DNA of 64,000 bases from NCBI RefSeq assembly GCF_003334785.1, contig NZ_QOWV01000003.1, one strand, 5' to 3'. The stretch's first letter is position 1; every line of letters starts with the position of its first letter. Below are positions 43,769 through 61,010 of the stretch, piece after piece. The position numbers and the translations under genes are program-made. This DNA is from Escherichia coli (lineage in GTDB: Bacteria; Pseudomonadota; Gammaproteobacteria; Enterobacterales; Enterobacteriaceae). The notes under the pieces are model-generated. The model did no database searches. It saw only the letters and a list, made by a program, of their open reading frames with translations, and was not told the origin of the DNA.

Positions 43769-43931
43769 GGTGTCGCTCTCCCGAAAATCGGTCATTGGGG
43801 TTAAGGTTGTAACAAGAGGCGTATTTGCACACAATAACCACCGTGAATAGGTCTAAAGTAAAACATAAGAAATATTTGGGGTTTAGTCTGCTTTTTAATC
43901 CATATTACTGGATTTTTGTTAAGCCGTTTAA

Positions 43932-49483
<5,552 letters not shown>

Positions 49484-49485
49484 CA

Positions 49486-49827
49486 ATGCGAATATTTGTC
49501 TACGGCAGTTTACGCCACAAACAAGGCAACAGTCACTGGATGACCAATGCCCAGTTACTGGGCGATTTCAGTATCGATAACTACCAGTTGTATAGCCTGG
49601 GCCACTATCCAGGCGCAGTTCCGGGGAACGGAACAGTACACGGTGAAGTTTATCGTATTGACAACGCCACGCTGGCCGAACTTGATGCCTTGCGCACCAG
49701 GGGCGGTGAATACGCGCGCCAGTTGATTCAGACGCCGTACGGGAGTGCATGGATGTACGTTTATCAACGACCCGTCGATGGATTAAAGCTAATTGAAAGC
49801 GGCGACTGGTTAGACAGGGATAAGTAA
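49486..49827 (+). CDS. ytfP: gamma-glutamylcyclotransferase-family protein YtfP
   Basis: 113-aa ORF 2 nt after tamB stop; recognised as YtfP. Confidence 0.88.
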   Translation: MRIFVYGSLRHKQGNSHWMTNAQLLGDFSIDNYQLYSLGHYPGAVPGNGTVHGEVYRIDNATLAELDALRTRGGEYARQLIQTPYGSAWMYVYQRPVDGLKLIESGDWLDRDK

Positions 49828-49838
49828 TAATAAAAGCA

Positions 49839-49864
49839 CGCCACCTTCGGGTGGCGTTGTTTTA
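49839..49864 (+). terminator. rho-independent terminator of tamAB-ytfP
   Basis: Stem CGCCACC-TTCG-GGTGGCG followed by TTGTTTTAT. Confidence 0.8.
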
Positions 49865-50206
49865 TGCGATGTATCTCGCGATTTTTTTTTGTAACTTTTC
49901 CATCTTTTGCTTTTCTCTCCGAGCCGCTTTCCATATCTGCAATCGCATAAAAAACTCTGCTGGCGTTCACAAATGTGCAGGGGTAAAACGGGGGCACGCT
50001 TTGAACGGTGAGTATGAGTGAGGTCGGCTAACTTCCAGCAAGTGGCTATGAACAGCAAAATGGTGGTCGGGTTTGCTTGTTCTTACCGTTCAAGCCTTGC
50101 AACCGCTGAGAATAATGATGGTGGAATAGAGAGTTTATTTATCGCGGGCATAAAAAAACCCTTACTAACCGAAGCCCGGCGTTCAGGGTTATTGCGCTAG
50201 AAGAAC

Positions 50207-50737
50207 TTATTTATTCTTTGCGCGCTCGAAGGAAGCAACGATTTCAGCTTTAGCGGCTTCTGCGTTTTCCCAACCTTCAACTTTCACCCACTTGCCTTTT
50301 TCGAGGTCTTTGTAGTGCTCGAAGAAGTGAGCGATCTGCGCTTTCAGCAGCTCTGGCAGATCGTTAACGTCTTTAATGTGATCGTATTCTTTGCTCAGCT
50401 TTGTGTGCGGAACAGCAATCAGTTTCGCATCTTCACCGGCTTCGTCGGTCATTTTCAGAACGCCAACCGGACGGCAACGGATCACAGAACCCGGCTGCAG
50501 CGGGTACGGAGTCGGGACCAGTACGTCAACCGGGTCACCGTCCAGAGACAGGGTGTGGTTGATGTAACCGTAGTTGCACGGATAGAACATCGCGGTGGAC
50601 ATGAAGCGGTCAACGAACAGTGCGCCGCTCTCTTTGTCGATTTCGTATTTGATCGGATCTGCGTTAGCCGGGATCTCAATAACAACGTAGATGTCTTCCG
50701 GCAGATCTTTACCCGCAGGGACGTTGAGTAAGCTCAT
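50207..50737 (-). CDS. ppa: inorganic pyrophosphatase
   Basis: 176-aa ORF recognised as Ppa. Confidence 0.95.
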   Translation of the reverse strand: MSLLNVPAGKDLPEDIYVVIEIPANADPIKYEIDKESGALFVDRFMSTAMFYPCNYGYINHTLSLDGDPVDVLVPTPYPLQPGSVIRCRPVGVLKMTDEAGEDAKLIAVPHTKLSKEYDHIKDVNDLPELLKAQIAHFFEHYKDLEKGKWVKVEGWENAEAAKAEIVASFERAKNK

Positions 50738-51046
50738 GTCTGTTTCCTTTAAAAATATGTGGCAAACAAGTGCCGAGTATTATAGCCAACTCGCGCCGAA
50801 TGTCTTCGCTTGTTTTCGTCTTCATTTTCCTTTTTCGCCAATTTTAAGACGGTATACAGAGCAGGAAAATCCATAACCGTAGCCGCATTTTTCATAGTGA
50901 GATGAAAGCGATTACAAACTTGTGATTAACGTTTTATTTACTTCTTTGAAGTGTGATGTAACGCAATCCGTTACATAACGAATTGTCTATAGTTTTTTCG
51001 CGAACATCTTTTCACCAATAATAATTACCCCGACGAGGACAACCCT

Positions 51047-52003
51047 ATGTGGAAACGCTTACTTGTAGTCTCTGCAGTCTCGGCAGCCATGTCGTCTATG
51101 GCGTTGGCCGCTCCATTAACCGTAGGATTTTCGCAGGTCGGATCGGAATCTGGCTGGCGCGCCGCAGAAACCAATGTGGCGAAAAGTGAGGCCGAAAAAC
51201 GCGGAATTACGCTGAAAATTGCCGATGGTCAGCAAAAGCAGGAAAACCAGATTAAAGCGGTACGTTCCTTCGTCGCGCAAGGGGTGGATGCGATCTTTAT
51301 CGCTCCGGTGGTTGCGACTGGTTGGGAACCGGTATTAAAAGAGGCGAAAGATGCCGAAATCCCGGTCTTCTTGCTCGATCGTTCTATTGATGTGAAAGAC
51401 AAATCTCTCTATATGACCACCGTCACTGCCGACAACATTCTCGAAGGCAAGTTGATTGGTGACTGGCTGGTAAAAGAAGTGAATGGCAAACCATGCAACG
51501 TGGTGGAGCTGCAGGGCACTGTTGGGGCCAGCGTCGCCATTGACCGTAAGAAAGGCTTTGCCGAAGCCATTAAGAATGCGCCAAATATCAAAATTATCCG
51601 CTCGCAGTCAGGTGACTTCACCCGCAGTAAAGGCAAAGAAGTCATGGAGAGCTTTATCAAAGCGGAAAACAACGGCAAAAACATCTGCATGGTTTACGCC
51701 CATAACGACGACATGGTGATTGGTGCAATTCAGGCAATTAAAGAAGCGGGCCTGAAACCAGGCAAAGATATTCTGACAGGTTCTATCGACGGCGTACCGG
51801 ATATCTACAAAGCGATGATTGATGGCGAAGCGAACGCCAGTGTTGAACTGACGCCGAATATGGCAGGTCCCGCCTTCGACGCGCTGGAGAAATACAAAAA
51901 AGACGGCACCATGCCTGAAAAGCTGACGCTGACCAAATCCACCCTTTATCTGCCTGATACCGCAAAAGAAGAGTTAGAGAAGAAGAAAAATATGGGGTAT
52001 TGA
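51047..52003 (+). CDS. ytfQ: ABC transporter periplasmic sugar-binding protein (galactofuranose system)
   Basis: 318-aa ORF with signal peptide recognised as YtfQ. Confidence 0.92.
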   Translation: MWKRLLVVSAVSAAMSSMALAAPLTVGFSQVGSESGWRAAETNVAKSEAEKRGITLKIADGQQKQENQIKAVRSFVAQGVDAIFIAPVVATGWEPVLKEAKDAEIPVFLLDRSIDVKDKSLYMTTVTADNILEGKLIGDWLVKEVNGKPCNVVELQGTVGASVAIDRKKGFAEAIKNAPNIKIIRSQSGDFTRSKGKEVMESFIKAENNGKNICMVYAHNDDMVIGAIQAIKEAGLKPGKDILTGSIDGVPDIYKAMIDGEANASVELTPNMAGPAFDALEKYKKDGTMPEKLTLTKSTLYLPDTAKEELEKKKNMGY

Positions 52004-52009
52004 GGGTTG

Positions 52010-52115
52010 CTATGCCTGATGCCGATTCGTAGGCCGGATAAGGCGCTCGCGCCGCATCCGGCGGTGGTGCGCTGAAGCCTGATGCGACGCTTACCGCGTC
52101 TTATCATGCCTACTG
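52010..52115. repeat. REP/BIME cluster between ytfQ and ytfR
   Basis: REP consensus strings (GTAGGCCGGATAAGGCGCTCGCGCCGCATCCGGCG; GCCTGATGCGACGCTTACCGCGTCTTATCATGCCTAC). Confidence 0.7.
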
Positions 52116-52142
52116 GGAGCACGCTTTACACCGGGGGAAACC

Positions 52143-53645
52143 ATGACGACTAACCAACACCAGGAGATCCTCCGCACCGAAGGATTAAGTAAATTTTTCC
52201 CCGGCGTCAAAGCGTTAGACAACGTTGATTTCAGCCTGCGCCGCGGCGAAATCATGGCGCTGCTCGGTGAAAACGGGGCAGGAAAATCAACGCTAATCAA
52301 AGCATTAACTGGTGTATACCACGCCGATCGCGGCACCATCTGGCTGGAAGGCCAGGCTATCTCACCGAAAAATACCGCCCATGCACAACAACTCGGTATC
52401 GGCACCGTCTATCAGGAAGTAAACCTGCTACCCAATATGTCGGTCGCTGATAATCTATTTATAGGCCGCGAACCCAAACGCTTCGGCCTTCTACGCCGCA
52501 AAGAGATGGAAAAGCGCGCCACCGAACTGATGGCATCTTACGGTTTCTCCCTCGACGTGCGCGAACCGCTCAACCGCTTTTCAGTCGCGATGCAGCAAAT
52601 CGTCGCTATTTGCCGGGCTATCGATCTCTCTGCCAAAGTGCTGATCCTCGATGAACCCACCGCCAGTCTCGACACCCAGGAAGTGGAGTTACTGTTTGAC
52701 CTGATGCGTCAGTTGCGCGATCGCGGCGTCAGCCTGATTTTTGTCACTCACTTTCTCGATCAGGTCTATCAGGTCAGCGATCGGATCACCGTCTTACGCA
52801 ACGGCAGTTTCGTAGGCTGTCGGGAAACGTGCGAGCTACCGCAGATCGAACTGGTAAAAATGATGCTGGGGCGCGAGCTGGATACCCACGCGCTACAGCG
52901 TGCCGGGCGAACATTGTTGAGCGACAAACCCGTTGCCGCGTTCAAAAATTACGGCAAAAAAGGAACGATCGCACCGTTTGATCTCGAAGTACGCCCCGGC
53001 GAGATCGTCGGTCTGGCTGGATTGCTGGGATCAGGACGTACCGAAACCGCCGAAGTGATCTTCGGTATCAAACCTGCTGACAGCGGCACGGCGTTGATCA
53101 AAGGCAAACCGCAAAACCTGCGATCGCCACATCAGGCTTCGGTACTGGGCATTGGCTTCTGCCCGGAAGACAGGAAAACCGATGGCATCATCGCTGCCGC
53201 CTCGGTGCGGGAAAATATCATCCTCGCTCTCCAGGCCCAGCGCGGCTGGCTACGTCCCATTTCCCGCAAAGAACAGCAAGAGATTGCCGAACGCTTTATC
53301 CGCCAGCTTGGCATTCGCACACCTTCAACTGAACAACCGATTGAATTTCTCTCTGGCGGCAATCAGCAAAAAGTGTTGCTTTCACGTTGGCTACTGACCC
53401 GACCGCAATTTCTGATCCTTGATGAGCCAACTCGCGGCATTGATGTTGGTGCCCACGCCGAGATCATCCGCCTGATTGAAACGCTATGCGCCGATGGTCT
53501 GGCGCTGCTGGTGATCTCCTCCGAACTGGAAGAACTGGTGGGCTATGCCGACCGGGTGATCATCATGCGCGATCGCAAACAGGTGGCGGAGATCCCGCTG
53601 GCAGAGCTTTCCGTTCCGGCGATCATGAACGCCATTGCGGCGTAA
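52143..53645 (+). CDS. ytfR: ABC transporter ATP-binding protein with two ATPase domains
   Basis: 500-aa ORF with two Walker A motifs (GENGAGKST; GLLGSGRTE) recognised as YtfR. Confidence 0.92.
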   Translation: MTTNQHQEILRTEGLSKFFPGVKALDNVDFSLRRGEIMALLGENGAGKSTLIKALTGVYHADRGTIWLEGQAISPKNTAHAQQLGIGTVYQEVNLLPNMSVADNLFIGREPKRFGLLRRKEMEKRATELMASYGFSLDVREPLNRFSVAMQQIVAICRAIDLSAKVLILDEPTASLDTQEVELLFDLMRQLRDRGVSLIFVTHFLDQVYQVSDRITVLRNGSFVGCRETCELPQIELVKMMLGRELDTHALQRAGRTLLSDKPVAAFKNYGKKGTIAPFDLEVRPGEIVGLAGLLGSGRTETAEVIFGIKPADSGTALIKGKPQNLRSPHQASVLGIGFCPEDRKTDGIIAAASVRENIILALQAQRGWLRPISRKEQQEIAERFIRQLGIRTPSTEQPIEFLSGGNQQKVLLSRWLLTRPQFLILDEPTRGIDVGAHAEIIRLIETLCADGLALLVISSELEELVGYADRVIIMRDRKQVAEIPLAELSVPAIMNAIAA

Positions 53646-53655
53646 GGAGAACAGT

Positions 53656-54681
53656 GTGATGCCTCAATCTCTCCCGGACACTACGCCGCCGAAAAGGCGC
53701 TTTCGCTGGCCAACGGGAATGCCGCAGCTGGCGGCACTGTTGCTGGTGCTGCTGGTCGATAGCCTGGTGGCCCCGCATTTCTGGCAGGTGGTGCTCCAGG
53801 ATGGGCGTTTATTCGGTAGCCCCATAGACATTCTTAACCGTGCGGCCCCCGTTGCGCTGTTGGCTATCGGAATGACGCTGGTGATCGCAACAGGTGGGAT
53901 TGATCTCTCCGTGGGGGCGGTGATGGCTATCGCCGGAGCCACAACGGCTGCGATGACGGTCGCGGGATTCAGCCTGCCGATTGTTTTGTTAAGCGCCCTG
54001 GGCACTGGCATCCTGGCGGGATTGTGGAACGGCATACTGGTAGCGATCCTCAAAATTCAGCCGTTTGTTGCCACCCTGATCCTGATGGTCGCCGGGCGCG
54101 GCGTGGCGCAACTGATCACCTCCGGACAGATCGTCACGTTTAACTCGCCGGATCTCTCATGGTTTGGCAGTGGATCGCTGTTGTTCCTGCCAACGCCGGT
54201 CATTATCGCGGTGCTGACGCTTATCCTGTTCTGGCTGTTGACCCGCAAAACGGCGCTGGGGATGTTTATCGAAGCCGTTGGTATCAACATTCGGGCGGCA
54301 AAAAATGCCGGGGTAAACACGCGGATCATCGTCATGCTTACCTACGTGTTGAGCGGGCTGTGTGCGGCGATTGCGGGCATTATCGTGGCGGCGGATATTC
54401 GCGGTGCCGATGCCAATAACGCCGGGTTATGGCTGGAGCTGGACGCCATTCTCGCGGTGGTTATTGGCGGCGGATCGCTGATGGGCGGACGTTTTAACCT
54501 ACTGCTTTCGGTGGTGGGGGCGCTGATTATTCAGGGGATGAACACCGGAATTTTGCTTTCGGGCTTTCCGCCAGAGATGAACCAGGTTGTAAAAGCGGTG
54601 GTGGTTCTTTGCGTGCTGATTGTCCAGTCGCAACGCTTTATCAGTCTGATTAAAGGAGTACGTAGCCGTGATAAAACGTAA
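53656..54681 (+). CDS. ytfT: ABC transporter permease
   Basis: About 341-aa hydrophobic product; start GTG 53656 or ATG 53659 after AAGGAGA RBS; ORF-track start at 53635 is a TTG extension. Confidence 0.88.
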   Translation: MMPQSLPDTTPPKRRFRWPTGMPQLAALLLVLLVDSLVAPHFWQVVLQDGRLFGSPIDILNRAAPVALLAIGMTLVIATGGIDLSVGAVMAIAGATTAAMTVAGFSLPIVLLSALGTGILAGLWNGILVAILKIQPFVATLILMVAGRGVAQLITSGQIVTFNSPDLSWFGSGSLLFLPTPVIIAVLTLILFWLLTRKTALGMFIEAVGINIRAAKNAGVNTRIIVMLTYVLSGLCAAIAGIIVAADIRGADANNAGLWLELDAILAVVIGGGSLMGGRFNLLLSVVGALIIQGMNTGILLSGFPPEMNQVVKAVVVLCVLIVQSQRFISLIKGVRSRDKT

Positions 54682-55663
54682 TTTGCCACTGATGATCACC
54701 ATCGGCGTCTTTGTGTTGGGTTATCTTTACTGCCTGACCCAGTTTCCCGGTTTTGCTTCCACAAGAGTGATCTGCAATATCCTGACCGATAACGCCTTTC
54801 TTGGGATCATTGCCGTTGGCATGACCTTTGTGATCCTCTCCGGTGGGATCGATCTCTCCGTCGGTTCGGTGATCGCCTTTACTGGCGTGTTTCTGGCAAA
54901 AGTGATTGGCGATTTCGGCCTCTCGCCGCTACTGGCGTTTCCGCTAGTGCTGGTGATGGGCTGTGCCTTCGGCGCATTTATGGGGCTTTTGATCGACGCC
55001 CTGAAGATCCCGGCATTTATCATTACCCTGGCGGGGATGTTCTTTTTGCGCGGTGTCAGCTATCTCGTTTCGGAAGAGTCGATTCCGATAAACCATCCCA
55101 TTTATGACACGCTCTCAAGCCTTGCGTGGAAAATCCCTGGCGGCGGTCGCTTAAGTGCGATGGGACTGCTGATGTTGGCGGTGGTGGTTATCGGTATTTT
55201 CCTCGCGCATCGTACCCGTTTTGGTAATCAGGTATACGCCATTGGCGGCAACGCAACGTCGGCGAACCTGATGGGGATTTCCACTCGCAGCACCACTATT
55301 CGCATTTATATGCTCTCCACCGGACTGGCAACGCTGGCGGGGATTGTCTTCTCGATTTATACCCAGGCCGGATATGCGCTGGCGGGCGTAGGTGTGGAAC
55401 TGGATGCTATCGCCTCAGTGGTAATTGGCGGTACGCTTCTGAGCGGTGGCGTTGGAACGGTATTAGGGACGCTTTTTGGCGTGGCGATTCAGGGGCTAAT
55501 ACAGACTTATATCAACTTTGATGGCACGCTGAGCTCATGGTGGACGAAAATCGCCATCGGTATTTTGTTATTTATTTTTATAGCATTACAGCGTGGATTA
55601 ACGGTGCTGTGGGAGAATCGTCAGAGTTCGCCTGTGACAAGAGTCAACATTGCGCAGCGATAA
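54668..55663 (+). CDS. yjfF: ABC transporter permease
   Basis: 331-aa hydrophobic ORF overlapping ytfT 3' end; recognised as YjfF. Confidence 0.9.
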   Translation: MIKRNLPLMITIGVFVLGYLYCLTQFPGFASTRVICNILTDNAFLGIIAVGMTFVILSGGIDLSVGSVIAFTGVFLAKVIGDFGLSPLLAFPLVLVMGCAFGAFMGLLIDALKIPAFIITLAGMFFLRGVSYLVSEESIPINHPIYDTLSSLAWKIPGGGRLSAMGLLMLAVVVIGIFLAHRTRFGNQVYAIGGNATSANLMGISTRSTTIRIYMLSTGLATLAGIVFSIYTQAGYALAGVGVELDAIASVVIGGTLLSGGVGTVLGTLFGVAIQGLIQTYINFDGTLSSWWTKIAIGILLFIFIALQRGLTVLWENRQSSPVTRVNIAQR

Positions 55664-55666
55664 AAA

Positions 55667-55688
55667 CGCCTCTCCGTGTGGAGAGGCG
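55667..55688 (-). terminator. hairpin CGCCTCTCC-GTGTG-GAGAGGCG, likely fbp terminator (T-run on minus strand)
   Basis: Perfect 8-9 bp stem between convergent yjfF and fbp. Confidence 0.65.
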
Positions 55689-55695
55689 CAGGAGA

Positions 55696-56694
55696 TTACG
55701 CGTCCGGGAACTCACGGATAAAGCGTTCGACATCTTCAACCATATGGTCGTTGCCGACAAAGAACGAACGGCGCTGGTGCAGAGTTTCCGGGATGATATC
55801 CAGAATACGCTCTTTGCCATCGCTCGCTTTACCGCCCGCTTGTTCCGCCAGGAATGCCATCGGGTTGCACTCATACAGCAAACGCAGTTTGCCGTCCGGG
55901 TGGCTGGCGGTGCTTGGGTAGAGATAAATACCGCCTTTCAGCAGGTTACGGTGGAAATCCGCGACCAGTGAACCGATATAACGTGAGGTATAAGGGCGGT
56001 TGGTGGACTTATCTTCTTCCTGGCAGAATTTAATGTACTTCTTCACCCCGTTCGGAAACTTAATGTAGTTTCCTTCGTTGATGGAGTAGGTTTTGCCTTT
56101 CTCCGGGAAGCGCATCCGTTCCTGGCACAGACAGAAAACGCCCAGCGAAGGATCGTAAGTAAAGGCGTGAACACCGCATCCGGTGGTGTAAACCAGCATG
56201 GTAGAGGAGCCGTATACCACGTAACCTGCCGCAACCTGTTTGTTACCAGGCTGGAGGAAATCTTCTTCCGTTACCGGCGTGCCAACAGGCGTAACGCGGC
56301 GGTAGATGGAGAAAATGGTACCGACAGAGACGTTAACATCGATGTTGGACGAGCCATCCAGTGGGTCCATCAGCACCACGTATTTTGCGTGTTCACAGCC
56401 TTCAAAGACGACAATCTCATCTTCTTCTTCAGAGGCAATGCCCGCAACGATATCGCGTGCTTTCAGTGCGGCTTTCAGTTTTTCATTAGCGAACAAGTCG
56501 AGTTTCTGCTGAACCTCGCCCTGCACGTTCTCAGCACCGCTGGCACCCAGGATATCAACCAGTCCTGCTTTGTTGATATCGCGATGGATAATCTTGGCGC
56601 CCAGTTTTATTGCCGACAGCAAAGCAGTGAGCTCACCGGTAGCATGAGAAAACTCGTGCTGCTTTTCGACAATAAATTCACCTAACGTTTTCAT
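55696..56694 (-). CDS. fbp: fructose-1,6-bisphosphatase class 1
   Basis: 332-aa product from ATG 56694; the 393-aa ORF-track call is an upstream extension. Confidence 0.93.
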
Positions 56695-56869
56695 AAAACT
56701 TTCCCTGCAATGTTTATGGAGTAAAGCGACCGCAACAATCTTAACAAATAATCTCAATGTTGCGCTCAGGTGAATCGCGCCAGCAAATTGCGGATTATCC
56801 TGAAATGCGTTTCTCACTTGCCCGACATATGCGTAAAATGAGCGGCAGATTAAAAAAGGATAGTGACGT

Positions 56870-58243
56870 ATGCGCATTCATATTTTAGGAATTTGTGGCA
56901 CGTTTATGGGCGGTCTGGCGATGCTGGCGCGCCAGTTAGGCCATGAAGTAACGGGTTCGGACGCCAATGTGTATCCGCCGATGAGCACCTTACTTGAGAA
57001 GCAAGGCATTGAACTGATTCAGGGTTACGATGCCAGCCAGCTCGATCCGCAGCCGGATCTGGTGATTATTGGCAACGCCATGACCCGTGGAAATCCGTGT
57101 GTGGAAGCGGTACTGGAAAAAAACATCCCTTATATGTCAGGTCCACAGTGGCTGCACGATTTTGTGCTGCGCGACCGCTGGGTGCTGGCCGTTGCCGGTA
57201 CACATGGCAAAACCACCACCGCGGGAATGGCAACCTGGATTCTGGAACAGTGCGGTTACAAACCGGGATTTGTGATCGGCGGTGTGCCGGGGAACTTTGA
57301 GGTTTCGGCGCGTCTGGGCGAAAGCGACTTCTTTGTTATCGAAGCGGATGAGTATGACTGCGCCTTCTTCGACAAACGCTCTAAATTTGTCCATTACTGC
57401 CCACGTACGCTGATCCTCAACAACCTTGAGTTCGATCACGCCGATATCTTTGACGACCTGAAAGCGATCCAGAAACAGTTCCACCATCTGGTGCGTATCG
57501 TTCCGGGGCAGGGCCGTATTATCTGGCCAGAAAACGACATCAACCTGAAACAGACCATGGCGATGGGCTGCTGGAGCGAGCAGGAGCTGGTGGGTGAGCA
57601 GGGGCACTGGCAGGCGAAAAAGCTGACCACCGATGCTTCCGAATGGGAAGTTTTGCTGGATGGCGAAAAAGTGGGCGAAGTGAAATGGTCGCTGGTAGGC
57701 GAACATAATATGCACAATGGCCTGATGGCGATTGCGGCGGCTCGCCATGTTGGTGTAGCGCCGGCAGATGCCGCTAACGCGCTGGGTTCGTTTATTAACG
57801 CTCGTCGCCGTCTGGAGTTGCGTGGTGAAGCGAATGGCGTCACGGTATATGACGATTTTGCCCATCACCCAACGGCGATTCTGGCAACGCTTGCGGCGCT
57901 GCGTGGCAAAGTTGGCGGTACGGCGCGCATTATTGCCGTGCTGGAACCGCGCTCGAATACCATGAAAATGGGGATCTGCAAAGACGATCTGGCACCTTCA
58001 TTAGGTCGTGCCGATGAAGTCTTCCTGCTGCAACCGGCGCATATTCCGTGGCAGGTGGCAGAAGTGGCAGAAGCCTGCGTTCAGCCTGCACACTGGAGTG
58101 GCGATGTGGATACGCTGGCAGATATGGTGGTGAAAACCGCTCAGCCTGGCGACCATATTCTGGTGATGAGCAACGGCGGTTTTGGTGGGATCCATCAGAA
58201 ACTGCTGGATGGTCTGGCGAAGAAGGCGGAAGCCGCGCAGTAA
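56870..58243 (+). CDS. mpl: UDP-N-acetylmuramate:L-alanyl-gamma-D-glutamyl-meso-diaminopimelate ligase
   Basis: 457-aa ORF with Mur-ligase P-loop (GTHGKTTT) recognised as Mpl. Confidence 0.93.
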
Positions 58244-58249
58244 TTCGGC

Positions 58250-58385
58250 CTTAGCCTGATATAGTGTGCGTAGGCCGGATAAGGCGTTCACGCCGCATCC
58301 GGCATTTGAGCATAGTGCCTGATGCGACGCTTGATGCGTCTTATCAGGCCTACAGGTGCACCGCATCCGGCAAACCATACTCACA
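58250..58385. repeat. REP/BIME cluster between mpl and yjgA
   Basis: Several REP units (GTAGGCCGGATAAGGCGTTCACGCCGCATCCGGCA etc.). Confidence 0.75.
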
Positions 58386-58398
58386 TCAACAACGAAAA

Positions 58399-58950
58399 TT
58401 ACCCTTCATTCTCCGCCAGTTCGCGCAGATACTGGAAAATCTGGCGTGCGGATTTCGGCGGCTTATTCCCTTCTTTCTCTTTCTTCGCGTTGCGGATCAG
58501 AGTACGCAGTTGCTGACGATCGGCATCGGGCCACAGATTTAATACCTCAGCGATGGCGTCATCACCTTGATCGATCAGACGATCGCGCAGGTTTTCCAGT
58601 TTATGGAACAGCACCACCTGCTGGTTGTGACGGTTTTTCAGCTTATCCAGCGCCTGACGAATAGGCTCTACGTCGCGCTGGCGCAGCATCTTACCGATGA
58701 GCTGCAACTGGCGGCGGCGACCTTCCATCTTAATACGCTGGGCGAGCTCAATAGCCGCGCGCAGATCCGCATCTAACGGGATCTTATCCAGCGCGTTTTT
58801 CCCCAGATCAACAATTTCCGCGCCAAGGCGTTTTAGCTCCTCGGCATCACGTTTAATTTCACTTTTACTGACCCAGATAATTTCATCGTCTTCGTCTTCG
58901 ATGTCATCACCGGGAACGTCGTCGAGCCAGTCTTCGGGCTGCTTAGTCAT
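58399..58950 (-). CDS. yjgA: DUF615-family ribosome-associated protein YjgA
   Basis: 183-aa ORF recognised as YjgA. Confidence 0.88.
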
Positions 58951-59044
58951 CTCAGGCTCCTTAAAAAAAAGAGGCTAATGTTACCAGTTAAGATGCGCAC
59001 TGAAAAACGGTTCTCTGTTAGACTTCAGAGAAACTCTCTACATT

Positions 59045-60397
59045 ATGGCACTTGCAATGAAAGTAATCTCTCAAGTTGAAGCGCAGCGCAAGATTCTGGA
59101 AGAAGCAGTTTCCACTGCGCTGGAGTTGGCCTCAGGCAAATCGGACGGTGCGGAAGTTGCCGTCAGCAAGACCACCGGCATTAGCGTAAGCACGCGTTAT
59201 GGTGAAGTGGAGAATGTTGAATTCAATAGCGATGGCGCGCTGGGGATCACTGTTTATCACCAGAACCGCAAAGGTAGCGCATCATCCACCGATTTAAGCC
59301 CGCAGGCCATTGCCCGTACTGTACAGGCGGCGCTGGATATTGCCCGTTATACCTCGCCAGATCCCTGTGCCGGCGTGGCAGACAAAGAGCTGCTGGCCTT
59401 TGACGCACCAGATCTCGACTTGTTCCACCCTGCGGAAGTTTCCCCGGATGAAGCCATTGAACTGGCGGCCCGCGCAGAACAGGCGGCATTGCAGGCGGAC
59501 AAACGCATCACCAATACCGAAGGTGGCAGCTTTAACAGCCACTACGGTGTCAAAGTTTTTGGCAACAGCCACGGCATGTTGCAGGGTTACTGCTCAACGC
59601 GTCATTCGCTCTCCAGCTGTGTAATTGCCGAAGAAAATGGCGATATGGAGCGTGATTACGCCTACACCATTGGTCGTGCGATGAGCGATCTGCAAACGCC
59701 AGAGTGGGTTGGGGCCGACTGTGCTCGCCGTACTTTATCGCGCCTGTCACCGCGTAAACTCTCCACCATGAAAGCGCCGGTCATTTTTGCCAATGAAGTG
59801 GCAACCGGGCTTTTTGGCCATCTGGTGGGGGCGATAGCGGGTGGATCGGTTTACCGTAAATCCACCTTCCTGCTGGATTCGCTGGGTAAACAAATTCTGC
59901 CGGACTGGCTGACCATTGAAGAGCATCCGCATCTGCTGAAAGGGCTGGCATCGACGCCATTTGACAGCGAAGGTGTGCGCACCGAGCGTCGCGATATTAT
60001 TAAAGATGGCATCCTGACTCAGTGGCTGCTGACCAGCTACTCGGCGCGGAAACTGGGGCTGAAAAGCACCGGACATGCGGGCGGTATTCACAACTGGCGG
60101 ATTGCCGGACAAGGGCTAAGCTTCGAACAAATGCTCAAAGAGATGGGTACCGGGCTGGTGGTGACGGAGCTGATGGGCCAGGGCGTGAGTGCCATTACCG
60201 GTGATTATTCCCGTGGTGCAGCGGGCTTCTGGGTAGAGAATGGCGAAATTCAGTATCCGGTTAGCGAAATCACCATCGCAGGTAATTTAAAAGATATGTG
60301 GCGCAATATTGTCACCGTCGGTAACGATATTGAAACACGCAGTAATATACAGTGTGGTTCTGTGCTGTTGCCGGAGATGAAAATCGCCGGGCAGTAA
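59045..60397 (+). CDS. pmbA: metalloprotease PmbA (TldE)
   Basis: 450-aa ORF recognised as PmbA. Confidence 0.92.
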
Positions 60398-60473
60398 AAA
60401 ACTGGCGCGACCTGCCGCGCTATAAACTAAAAAATTACACAAAATCATTCGCACTGCATCGAGACGGAAAGTG

Positions 60474-60521
60474 AATGAGGGCCGGGGAGCGTACTCGCAG
60501 TACGTGACCCGGGCGAATGAG
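60474..60521. repeat. small palindromic element (CCGGG...CGTACT-CGC-AGTACG...CCCGG) flanked by direct repeats GAATGAG, upstream of cybC
   Basis: Nested inverted repeat and 7-bp flanking direct repeats read directly from sequence. Confidence 0.4.
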
Positions 60522-60576
60522 CGTAGCCGTCGATGAGGCAGTGTGAAGGATGAAGTGTAAATAAAAAAGGAAGTGA

Positions 60577-60966
<390 letters not shown>

Positions 60967-60974
60967 TTCCTCAT

Positions 60975-61005
60975 TTCCCTGTTGCCTGCACTCAGGTAAC
61001 AGGGA
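60975..61005. terminator. hairpin CCCTGTT...AACAGGG between convergent cybC and nrdG
   Basis: 7-bp stem read from sequence; flanks not strongly T-rich. Confidence 0.4.
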
Positions 61006-61010
61006 ACTTA

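Noticed and set aside
49764-50200. Short ORFs (60-82 aa) in the ytfP-ppa intergenic region
   Set aside because: No RBS, overlapping each other on both strands, low-complexity translations; region better explained as terminator/promoter DNA. Not credible chpBS homologs by eye.
56695-56877. N-terminal extension of fbp (393-aa ORF-track call)
   Set aside because: Recognised Fbp begins MKTLGEF at 56694; the extension would overlap the mpl start region.
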